Of a DNA stretch of 14,328 nt, positions 1-7,069 are shown one piece after another. Source of the stretch: Nitrososphaerota archaeon (GTDB taxonomy: Archaea; Thermoproteota; Nitrososphaeria_A; Caldarchaeales; Calditenuaceae); the NCBI GenBank assembly GCA_038741355.1, contig JAVYLC010000028.1:4052-18379 (forward strand). Direction: 5' to 3'. The stretch's first letter is position 1; each line of letters begins with the position of its first letter. The notes beneath the pieces are model-generated. The model was not told the origin of the DNA. It made no database searches and was given only the letters and a program-made list of their open reading frames with translations. A program made the translations under genes and the position numbers.

Positions 1-1264
1 TCTCAACCTCGCACCCCAGTAGTTTGAGGTCGTCTAGGAAGTTGGGGTAGGAGACGGACGCTGACTCTGGGTCCAAGACTTCGATAAGCCCCCGCGTGGC
101 CAGTGAGAGTAGGGTGAATGCCATGAAGAGTCTGTGGTCTCCGCGTGGGTCCAGCCGAGCACTTCTCAGCCTGCCGCCCCTTATGGCCATCCCGTCTGGT
201 GCCTCTTCCACGCGGATTGATGTCTTTGCGAGCTCGGTGGCTAGTACATGGATTCTATCGCTTTCTTTGAACCTTGCATGCCTTACGCCGTGGATTCTTG
301 TCTCGCCTTCTGCAACTGCCGCTAAGGACGCGACTATGGGTAGGAGGTCTGGGGAGTCCTTCAGGTCTACGTCTACACCTTTTAGAGATGCCTCGCCCAC
401 CTCGACGAATCCGTCCCCCTCCCTTACATCTGCCCCCATAGCCCGCAGCACCTCGACCAGCCTGTAGTCGGCCTGCGGAAGCCCAGGGTCAAGGCCAGCC
501 ACCCTGACCCGCCCACCTGCCATCAGTGGAGCGGCCATGATGAAGCCGGCTAGACCATAGTCGCCTGGGACGGTGAAGTCTGCTGGCCTGTAGCCGCTGG
601 GCTCTGTGTGGAAGTGGCTGTATCCCTCTCTCTCAACCTTGGCGCCATAGAGTCTAAGGACGGTTATCGTGGAGTCGATGTAGGGCTTTGACACTAGGTC
701 TCCCTCAATGCTGATGGTTAGGCTCTTCTCGGCCGCTGGGCCTGCTATGAGGAGGCCTGAGATGAACTGGCTGCTAATATCCCCCCTGATACTGCACTCT
801 CCCCCCATCTCTCCTCCCTCGACGATTATAGGTGCGGTGCCGTCGAGCTTCGCTGACCATGCCCTGATGCCCAGTTGGCCGAGGGCGTCGAGGAGAGGCT
901 GCATCGGCCTTTTCCGAAGGCTCTCATCACCCGTTAAGATCGTGTATCCCCTCTCTGTGAGACCTGCGATGCATGTCATTATTCTGAGTGTGGTGCCGGA
1001 GTTCATCGCGTCGATGATGTTTTCCGGTGTCTTGGGCCGCTTCCCGCCCTCGATCTCGATCTCATCTTTCTTGAGCTGAAGTCTTGCGCCGAGGAGTCTT
1101 GCGGCGTTGATTGTTGCCTCAGTGTCGCGGGAGTATAGTGGGTTGTATATGCGGGATTCTCCTGGTGCTAGGAGAGCTGCTGCGATGGCCCTGTGAGTGT
1201 AGCTTTTGCTTGGCGGCGCCCTGACCTCGCCGGAAATCCTCTCAACCCTAACACTCACGATCAT
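1..1264 (-). CDS. aroA: 3-phosphoshikimate 1-carboxyvinyltransferase (EPSP synthase); the 3' end runs off the window, with only a few C-terminal residues missing
   Basis: Absent from the ORF track because the window edge truncates it. My translation of the minus strand from ATG 1264..1262 gives MIVSVRVERISGEVRAPPSKSYTHRAIAAALLAPGESRIYNPLYSRDTEATINAARLLGARLQLKKDEIEIEGGKRPKTPENIIDAMNSGTTLRIMTCIAGLTERGYTILTGDESLRKRPM. The frame is still open at position 2, ending ...YPNFLDDLKLLGCEVE. The motifs are canonical for EPSPS. The ATGA start/stop overlap with aroE lies at 1261-1264. Confidence 0.9.
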   Translation of the reverse strand, partial: MIVSVRVERISGEVRAPPSKSYTHRAIAAALLAPGESRIYNPLYSRDTEATINAARLLGARLQLKKDEIEIEGGKRPKTPENIIDAMNSGTTLRIMTCIAGLTERGYTILTGDESLRKRPMQPLLDALGQLGIRAWSAKLDGTAPIIVEGGEMGGECSIRGDISSQFISGLLIAGPAAEKSLTISIEGDLVSKPYIDSTITVLRLYGAKVEREGYSHFHTEPSGYRPADFTVPGDYGLAGFIMAAPLMAGGRVRVAGLDPGLPQADYRLVEVLRAMGADVREGDGFVEVGEASLKGVDVDLKDSPDLLPIVASLAAVAEGETRIHGVRHARFKESDRIHVLATELAKTSIRVEEAPDGMAIRGGRLRSARLDPRGDHRLFMAFTLLSLATRGLIEVLDPESASVSYPNFLDDLKLLGCEVE

Positions 1265-2100
1265 CCCGGCCCACCTTGCCGCTCCAGCCAAGCTCTCACA
1301 GCCTTCTCCATCAAAAACTTGGCGGGCTCGACCCCGTGAAAGATCTTGAACGCCCTAGCCCCCTGCTCAACAAGCATCTTCACACCATCGATATAGTGTG
1401 CGCCGGCGGCGATGGCAGTTCTTTGGAGGGGCGTCTGCCTAGGCGAGTAAACCATGTCAAGGACTATGTGACGCCTGGTTAGGTCTTCCGGGTCTAATGG
1501 GTTTTCGTGGTAGGTGAGGCCGAGCGGGGTCGCGTTTATGATGACCTCTACACTGCGCGCTTCGCGGCCAGCCTCCTCCAGCCCTATTACCCGGACCTTA
1601 AGCCCCACTTTATCCCCAACTCTCTTGGCTAGTCTATCTGCCCTCTCCCTACTCCTGTTAGCAATAGTCACCTTCTCGACACCCATCCTCCACAGGGCAT
1701 AGAGGGCGGCCGCCGCCCCACCCCCCGCGCCCAAGATCATGACCCCATCTAAGCCCTCCTCAACTAGAGGTGACAAGCACCCCTCAACCCCATCGACGTC
1801 CGTATTGTATCCCGCCCAACCGTCTTCCAGCCTCTGGAGCGTGTTTACAGCCCCTATCGCCTCGGCCTCTTCTGAGAGCTTAACAGCGTCTCGGGCCGCT
1901 GCCTCTTTGTGTGGTATCGTTGTGTTGAGGCCCTTGAAGCCGAGTCTGTGGAGTGTCTTCAAGGTCTCGTGTAGCTTCTCTGGGTGGGCTTCTATCGCGA
2001 TGTAGCGGTTTGGGAGGTTGAGTGCGCGGAGGGCCGCATTATGCATGATCGGCGAGGCTGAGTGGGATACTGGGTATCCTATAACTGCCAGGAGGGCCAC
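1261..2100 (-). CDS. aroE: Shikimate 5-dehydrogenase. The preferred start is GTG at 2100 (279 aa); the ORF-track maximum start at 2235 is probably an artefactual extension
   Basis: Motifs present: GYPVSHSASPIMHNAA, GLNTTIPHK, GYNTDVDG and the ILGAGGGAAAA dinucleotide fold. Homology begins at VALLAVIGYP. GTG 2100 is preceded by GGAGGTG plus an 11-nt spacer, the same geometry as the purP start. The 45 codons upstream lie inside aroD and are Pro/Arg/Gly-rich. Confidence 0.85.
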   Translation of the reverse strand: MALLAVIGYPVSHSASPIMHNAALRALNLPNRYIAIEAHPEKLHETLKTLHRLGFKGLNTTIPHKEAAARDAVKLSEEAEAIGAVNTLQRLEDGWAGYNTDVDGVEGCLSPLVEEGLDGVMILGAGGGAAAALYALWRMGVEKVTIANRSRERADRLAKRVGDKVGLKVRVIGLEEAGREARSVEVIINATPLGLTYHENPLDPEDLTRRHIVLDMVYSPRQTPLQRTAIAAGAHYIDGVKMLVEQGARAFKIFHGVEPAKFLMEKAVRAWLERQGGPG

Positions 2101-2792
2101 GACTTTAGGAACACCTCCAAGGCCTCTAGAGTCTCGGGGAAGCTGGGCTGGCCCGGAGCAACAGGCTGGCCGGGTAGAGATGCGTAGGTGAAGGGCGCTC
2201 CCAGCAGGACGCTGAGCACCCTCGTGAGGCACCACCTCTCACCTATACTGAACGAGATAACCCTACCCCTGAAAGAGCCCTCATAGTAGAGCGCGAGGAC
2301 ATCCATAGCCTCCGACACTCTCTTCGGATTATTGACCACCTTGACTATATCCGCCGCCTCCAACCCCTCCATAACAACCCTCCGCAGCTCGACTCTTGAA
2401 GGAGCCTCGCCGAAATAGTGCTTGGAGGAGATTACCCTGACACCCACATTCCGCAGCTCCTCTACAAGACTAGGATTGGCTTCAATAGCCCTACTCTCAA
2501 GGTCAACATAATCTGCATCCGTGGACATGCTAGCCAGAAGCTTAAGCCTCTTCTGCTCGTCTCCGGCGTAGAGGCCGCCCTCCCAGCTGGGCCGAAGTGT
2601 GATGATCTTTTTAATGCTCATGTCCTGGGCCAGCCTTGCCGCCCCACCGATCTCACTCTCCTGTAGACCGTCTAGGCGCAGCTCGACCAGCCTAGCTCCA
2701 AGCTCTAGGGTCCTCTCGCACAGCTGTCCGAGTTCTCCGATACTCCGGGGCAGTATCGAGACGCAGACCTTCTCGGCTAGGCTAGACCTCAT
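2079..2792 (-). CDS. aroD: 3-dehydroquinate dehydratase, type I
   Basis: 237 aa. Has the type I signatures VISSKHYF (S-x-H) and ADIVKVV (Schiff-base Lys context). The ATG start overlaps the aroB' stop by 11 nt, and the 3' end overlaps the proposed aroE start by 22 nt. Confidence 0.87.
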   Translation of the reverse strand: MRSSLAEKVCVSILPRSIGELGQLCERTLELGARLVELRLDGLQESEIGGAARLAQDMSIKKIITLRPSWEGGLYAGDEQKRLKLLASMSTDADYVDLESRAIEANPSLVEELRNVGVRVISSKHYFGEAPSRVELRRVVMEGLEAADIVKVVNNPKRVSEAMDVLALYYEGSFRGRVISFSIGERWCLTRVLSVLLGAPFTYASLPGQPVAPGQPSFPETLEALEVFLKSWPSWQL

Positions 2793-3780
2793 CTATGAAT
2801 TCGTCTACCTCCATTCCCATGTGTCGTGCAGCCCTGCTTGAGAGCCAGACCAATATCTCCTCTCCCCGAGCGAGTGAGGTGACATCTACTATCTCGCCCT
2901 TAGCCGTTAGAAGCCTTATCGTCTCAGCCTTCTGAAGCGTTACTGAGCCGTAGACTCCGTCGGTCTCGGCGTTAACCTGCACCATCGGCCTCCTCTCAAT
3001 CTTCACCCTGCCCACAGTTACTACCCTCGCCGACCCATCCCTAGAAACCATCAGGACCCGCATGCCCGACTTGAGTTCAGAGAGATATAATGTCTTACCC
3101 GTCGGTCCTAGGGTGTAGAGGTGGACAGCGCCTGCGTTGACCCTGAAGGGCCTAGGCGGTGTGAACCTTGAGCCGACGGACTCGTTGTGGACTAGGAAGA
3201 GCATCCTAGCCATGCTGCCTACAAGAATCCCTTCACCATACCTGAGCATCGACGTCGTGTCAACACACGCCCTCTCACCCATACCAACATCGAATACGTC
3301 GGATACCCTTGCAGCCCTCAGCTCAACCCTCCGCACCTGCCTCACAAGGTCGAGGAGAAGCCCGATCTCGCTCAGGCTGGATGGCCGGTAGACAACGCCG
3401 TCAACACCTCTCTCAAGCACGCCTAGCATGGCTTCAGCCTCCTCGACGCTTCCAATCCTCACTAAAACCCGCGTCCCAGACCCTTGAAGAGCGGCCAATA
3501 TGTTCTCCAACGGAATAATCTTAATGTCAGCAGTCTCCACGAGTATTGACTCAACCCCCGTCCGAGCCAGCCTGACTATCTCGTCAATGTCGCTGGGCTT
3601 GGAGACCTTGACCAGAACTATCTCTCTGCCGAGGGAGTATATCTTTGCACGGACCCTAAGGCTTGCCGGCGTCTCGCCCCCGGTATAGAGTAGTGTGGAG
3701 GCGCCGGCTGCTACAGCCTCTTCGGCCTCCTTTTCATCAGCGATCTCTATGACTATATCCTTCGACCCGCTTGGGCTCAA
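2782..3780 (-). CDS. aroB': 3-dehydroquinate synthase II (archaeal type, MJ1249 family)
   Basis: 332 aa. The length, the RPFRVNAGAVHLY-type segment and the position between ADH synthase and aroD fit my recollection of the archaeal DHQS-II family; this is not a computed match. The start is TTG at 3780, forming a TTGA overlap with the upstream stop. No other in-frame start would keep the N-terminal 60 residues. Confidence 0.8.
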   Translation of the reverse strand: MSPSGSKDIVIEIADEKEAEEAVAAGASTLLYTGGETPASLRVRAKIYSLGREIVLVKVSKPSDIDEIVRLARTGVESILVETADIKIIPLENILAALQGSGTRVLVRIGSVEEAEAMLGVLERGVDGVVYRPSSLSEIGLLLDLVRQVRRVELRAARVSDVFDVGMGERACVDTTSMLRYGEGILVGSMARMLFLVHNESVGSRFTPPRPFRVNAGAVHLYTLGPTGKTLYLSELKSGMRVLMVSRDGSARVVTVGRVKIERRPMVQVNAETDGVYGSVTLQKAETIRLLTAKGEIVDVTSLARGEEILVWLSSRAARHMGMEVDEFIDEV

Positions 3781-4574
3781 GCCCTAACCTCACGTCCAAG
3801 CAGGCTCTGAGCATCCTCCACACTCTTATCCTCGATGACTATTGCACGTAACGCTCTGACGATCGCCGCCGGCCTCTCATGCATGAAGACGTTTCTACCT
3901 ATCGTAACACCCATCGCTCCTGCATCCATAGCCTCGCGAGCCATCCTCAAGACCGCCAAGTCGTCATCCATCTTAGGCCCGCCGGCCATGACAACGGGGG
4001 CTGGACAGGCCTCCACAACCCGTCTGAAAGTCTCCACGCTCCCACTGTAGGGAACCTTAACTATGTCAGCTCCCAGCTCAGCTCCAATCCTTGCTACATG
4101 CATCAAGACATTCGGGTCGTTAGAGTCCTTAATCCCCTCACCTCTCGGATACATCATGGCGATCAGCGGGACACCCCAGGACTCGCACTCGTCCGCCACC
4201 TCTCCGAGCTTCCTCAGCATCTCGGGCTCGGCCTTACTGCCGATGTTTATGTGGACGGAGAGGCCGTCCGCGCCCAGCAGTAGTGCGGTCTCAACACCTC
4301 CGACTCGAACCTTCCAGTTGGGGTCTGGGCCCAGCGAGGTGCTTCCTGAGACGTGGATTATGAACCCTATCCGTGGAGGCTCGGGCATATGCTTCACTAT
4401 CCCCTTCTGGACTAGGAACGCTGTAGCCCCGCCCTTCTCCACCTCGCGAATCGTCTTGTATATTGTGTCAAGCCCCTTCATCGGCCCAGCTGTTATCCCG
4501 TGGTCCATTGGAATGCAGAGCATCCTTCCCCGCTCTGTCAGCCTCGAAATCCTGACACTTTTCCCAGTCACCAT
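3777..4574 (-). CDS. aroA': 2-amino-3,7-dideoxy-D-threo-hept-6-ulosonate (ADH) synthase, DhnA-type class I aldolase family (MJ0400 family)
   Basis: 265 aa. Has LCIPMDHGITAGPMKGL and the DIVKVPY Lys motif typical of the DhnA/ADHS family. GGAGG lies 11 nt upstream of ATG 4574, and the gap to the asd stop is 2 nt. Confidence 0.85.
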   Translation of the reverse strand: MVTGKSVRISRLTERGRMLCIPMDHGITAGPMKGLDTIYKTIREVEKGGATAFLVQKGIVKHMPEPPRIGFIIHVSGSTSLGPDPNWKVRVGGVETALLLGADGLSVHINIGSKAEPEMLRKLGEVADECESWGVPLIAMMYPRGEGIKDSNDPNVLMHVARIGAELGADIVKVPYSGSVETFRRVVEACPAPVVMAGGPKMDDDLAVLRMAREAMDAGAMGVTIGRNVFMHERPAAIVRALRAIVIEDKSVEDAQSLLGREVRA

Positions 4575-4576
4575 AA

Positions 4577-5629
4577 CTAATCCAGCCTCCTCAGAGCGTG
4601 TAGCAGCTCGGCCGTCAATATAGCGCCGCCGGCGGCCCCTCTTATAAGGTTGTGGCTCAGAGTGACGAACATCACCGTCCCCGGCTTTCTCCCCTTCCTT
4701 ACCCTGCCCACGGAGATAACCATCCCAGGCACCTCGCCTGCATCAGCATCCAGTCTAGGCTGAGGCCTCTCCTCATCATTGAAAACATGTATTGGGCGTC
4801 TAGGCGCGGTCGGCAGCTCCAGCTTCTGAGGCAGCCCGATAAACCCTGCGAGCGAGTCTACAACCTCCTCGATAGGGGCATCCTCCCCAAGCTCAACTTG
4901 GACTGACTCGAGGTGGCCCACAATCGTCGGCACCCTCATACACGTGGCATCTATTGGAACATCCATAGGCTGAACCTCACCGTCAACCAGCCTGCCCAGT
5001 ATCTTCCGAGGCTCTTCAGAGACCTTCGCCTCCTCCCCCTCAATATAGGGGATAATGTTTCCCAGAATAGCCATCGACGGCACACCGTTGTAGCCCGCCC
5101 CTGAGACCGCCTGCATCGTCACGACGTTCACGTATTTTAGGCCGAAGTCGTCGGCTAGGGGTTTGAGTGCGGTCGCGAATCCGACTGTTGTGCAGTTGGG
5201 GGTCGTAACTACGAAGCCGTCCCATCCGCGCCTCCTCCTCTGGACGTCTATCAGGTCTAGATGCTCCGGGTTAACCTCCGGTATGATTAGAGGGACGTCG
5301 GGCAGGTATCTGTGTGCTGAGGAGTCGCTTACAACAGGGAAGCCGGCGGCTGCGAACTTAGGCTCAACCTCCCTAGCGGACTTAGTTGGAAGACAGCTGA
5401 AGACTAGGTCCGCATCTATCTTTGAGGGGTCCGAAGGTAGGACCTCCATGTCGGCATATTTCTCCGGCACATGGCCCCTGCCTCTATAAGCTTCTCTGAG
5501 CGTCTTGCCTACAGTCGAGTTTCCCGTCACAGCCCTAATCTCGAACCACGGATGCCTGCTCAGCATCTGCACGTATATCTGGCCAACCATCCCAGTCGCT
5601 CCAAGTATAGCTACACCTAACCTAGACAT
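4577..5629 (-). CDS. asd: Aspartate-semialdehyde dehydrogenase
   Basis: 350 aa. Has GATGMVGQ (NADP binding), TTPNCTTVG (active-site Cys) and VPTIVGHLESV (active-site His). It is the first gene of the operon, starting at ATG 5629. Confidence 0.93.
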   Translation of the reverse strand: MSRLGVAILGATGMVGQIYVQMLSRHPWFEIRAVTGNSTVGKTLREAYRGRGHVPEKYADMEVLPSDPSKIDADLVFSCLPTKSAREVEPKFAAAGFPVVSDSSAHRYLPDVPLIIPEVNPEHLDLIDVQRRRRGWDGFVVTTPNCTTVGFATALKPLADDFGLKYVNVVTMQAVSGAGYNGVPSMAILGNIIPYIEGEEAKVSEEPRKILGRLVDGEVQPMDVPIDATCMRVPTIVGHLESVQVELGEDAPIEEVVDSLAGFIGLPQKLELPTAPRRPIHVFNDEERPQPRLDADAGEVPGMVISVGRVRKGRKPGTVMFVTLSHNLIRGAAGGAILTAELLHALRRLD

Positions 5630-5711
5630 GGTACATCCACCACACAGCCGCAGAGCAGGAGGAGGGGGGAAGAGAGGACCTACTAGTCAACGGGTCCAAA
5701 GAAATAGGCAT
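5622..5711 (-). other. Candidate upstream ORF B (29 codons, MPISLDPLTSRSSLPPSSCSAAVWWMYHV); its stop overlaps the asd start
   Basis: My own translation. It has tandem TGG TGG followed by ATG TAC, 5-9 codons before the TAG at 5624..5622. The asd ATG (5629..5627) lies inside it in another frame. No SD-like motif precedes its ATG, so translation is doubtful. Confidence 0.2.
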
Positions 5712-5772
5712 AGGTCGTAGTACCCCAAAGAGGTGTTAAGTAGCTACGACCTACGCCCCTCCCCCTACTCAT
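5683..5772 (-). other. Candidate leaderless upstream ORF A (29 codons, MSRGRGVGRSYLTPLWGTTTYAYFFGPVD)
   Basis: My own translation. ATG 5772 sits 24 nt downstream of a minus-oriented AAAAAA-TATAAATT element. Six of the 29 codons are aromatic, with TAT GCC TAT TTC TTT at 5712..5698. Confidence 0.3.
5711..5753. promoter_or_regulatory. Perfect 10-bp inverted repeat TAGGTCGTAG / CTACGACCTA with a 23-nt spacer. It could be an RNA hairpin in the asd leader or a palindromic operator
   Basis: Read directly from the sequence: 5711-5720 is the exact reverse complement of 5744-5753. On the minus strand it is followed by TGCCTATTTCTTTGG. Confidence 0.5.
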
Positions 5773-5796
5773 GCGGGCTGAAGAGGAAGCCCGCTC

Positions 5797-5810
5797 AATT
5801 TATATTTTTT
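5797..5810. promoter_or_regulatory. Shared bidirectional BRE/TATA element (AATTTATATTTTTT)
   Basis: On the plus strand, TTTATATT (5799-5806) is followed by 25 nt and then TTG 5832. On the minus strand, AAAAAA-TATAAATT (5810..5797) is followed by 24 nt and then ATG 5772. Both spacings fit archaeal TATA-to-TSS distance for leaderless mRNAs. Confidence 0.45.
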
Positions 5811-5831
5811 CCCAGACAGGAAACGCGGGGA

Positions 5832-6680
5832 TTGGCTAGGAGAGGTGTAGGTGAGTCCCACGGCGCCGTCTCAATAATTAATGCAATCTCCACAGGGTTT
5901 GGCGGAGCTCTAGGTGTCGACTTCTACACGCGGGCAGTTGTCGAGGTGGTTGAGGGAGGCGAGACCGTGCTTGTTAACAAGGACACCGTCGGCGACGACT
6001 CGCTCGTCAAAGAGGTTGTTAGGACTGTCTCAGAGCTTGTAGGGGTCAAAGGCTTAGGATTCAGGGTCACGACCCAGTCAGATATTCCTATAGCGGTTGG
6101 TTTAAAGAGCTCGAGCTCCGCAGCGGTGGCTGTGGGCCTAGCAGTTCTGGACGCCCTGGGAGAGAAGATGGACGCCGACGCATTCCTCGCAGCAGTAGCG
6201 GAGGCCTCCCAGAGGTCGGGCGTCTCAATAACAGGGGCTATCGACGACGCAGCCGCATGCATGCTGGGCGGCGTCGTCCTCACAGACAACTATGGCAGAA
6301 AGATACTTAAACACGAGTCTGTAGACCAAGGTCTCTCGGCCGTAATTCTCATACCGGAGCAGAGAACATACACCAGAGGATTCAGGAGGGAGCTCCTAAC
6401 ACCTATCAAGGACTTGGTAATGGAGGCCTTCAGGATAGCTGAACGCGGCGACTACTGGAGAGCAATGACACTCAACGGCCTACTCCACTCGGCGGCCCTC
6501 AACCTGCCAACCCGGCCGATAATAGACGCGCTGTCAGCCGGAGCCTTAGGAGCAGGAGTAACTGGAACAGGACCCGCAATAGCGGCTGTCGTTCCCTCAG
6601 AATCCGTCAAACTCGTCGCGACAGCGCTGTCAAGCCACGGAGGAGAAGTAGTGGTTAAGAGGGTCGTCAACCCCTCCTAA
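5832..6680 (+). CDS. aroK: Shikimate kinase, archaeal GHMP-kinase type (MJ1440 family). The preferred start is TTG 5832 (282 aa), not the track start at 5733
   Basis: Has the GHMP motif IPIAVGLKSSSSAAVAVGLA and an N-terminal GAVSIINAISTG segment like other archaeal shikimate kinases. Positions 5733-5831 contain the TATA element and code for no conserved sequence. Confidence 0.85.
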   Translation: MARRGVGESHGAVSIINAISTGFGGALGVDFYTRAVVEVVEGGETVLVNKDTVGDDSLVKEVVRTVSELVGVKGLGFRVTTQSDIPIAVGLKSSSSAAVAVGLAVLDALGEKMDADAFLAAVAEASQRSGVSITGAIDDAAACMLGGVVLTDNYGRKILKHESVDQGLSAVILIPEQRTYTRGFRRELLTPIKDLVMEAFRIAERGDYWRAMTLNGLLHSAALNLPTRPIIDALSAGALGAGVTGTGPAIAAVVPSESVKLVATALSSHGGEVVVKRVVNPS

Positions 6681-6688
6681 AGACGGGT

Positions 6689-7069
6689 ATGGCAGGAGAG
6701 GCAGTGCTGGGTGGCGAGGCGTTTAAGCAGGTCATCATCGTCAGGCGAGATTTGAAGCTGGGCCGTGGAAAGCTCGCAGCCCAAGTTGCTCACGCCTCAC
6801 TCACAGCCTACCTCGAAGCCGCTAGGCTCCGACCAGAGTGGGCCGCAAGATGGCTAGAAACCGGGCAGAGAAAAGTCGTCGTTGCAGTTGCAAACCTAGA
6901 CGAGCTCCTAACAATAAAACGGAGAGTAGAGGAGGAAGGATTACCAACCGCCCTGATAGAGGACGCGGGCTTAACACAGGTGGAGCCGGGAACCATTACA
7001 GCCCTCGCGGTCGGACCCGCACCAGAACCACTCATCGACAAAACGACCCGACATCTAAAGTTGTTATAA
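6689..7069 (+). CDS. pth2: Peptidyl-tRNA hydrolase, archaeal/eukaryotic Pth2 type
   Basis: 126 aa. Has KQVIIVRRDLKLGRGKLAAQVAHASL, characteristic of Pth2. It begins 8 nt after the shikimate kinase stop. Confidence 0.9.
   Translation: MAGEAVLGGEAFKQVIIVRRDLKLGRGKLAAQVAHASLTAYLEAARLRPEWAARWLETGQRKVVVAVANLDELLTIKRRVEEEGLPTALIEDAGLTQVEPGTITALAVGPAPEPLIDKTTRHLKLL

Noticed and set aside
2101-2235. A long 324-aa form of aroE overlapping aroD by 157 nt. This could hint at a fused or bifunctional dehydroquinase-shikimate dehydrogenase.
   Set aside because: The two genes are in different frames. The extra 45 residues (MVPHEGAQRPAGSALHLRISTRPACCSGPAQLPRDSRGLGGVPKV) have no aroE similarity. A GTG with an upstream GGAGGTG at 2100 gives a protein of normal length (279 aa).
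5646-5675. The G-rich run GCAGGAGGAGGGGGGAAGAGAGG on the plus strand as a Shine-Dalgarno site or G-quadruplex.
   Set aside because: No plus-strand gene follows it, since the 5505-5720 ORF is a shadow of asd and its leader. The G-tracts are too short and irregular for a confident G4. It is better explained as the complement of the C-rich segment of the minus-strand asd leader.
5733-5831. A 33-codon N-terminal extension of shikimate kinase in the ORF track (MLSSYDLRPSPYSCGLKRKPAQFIFFPRQETRG).
   Set aside because: It contains the only TATA element of the spacer and has no similarity to archaeal shikimate kinases. TTG 5832 gives the canonical length of about 282 aa.
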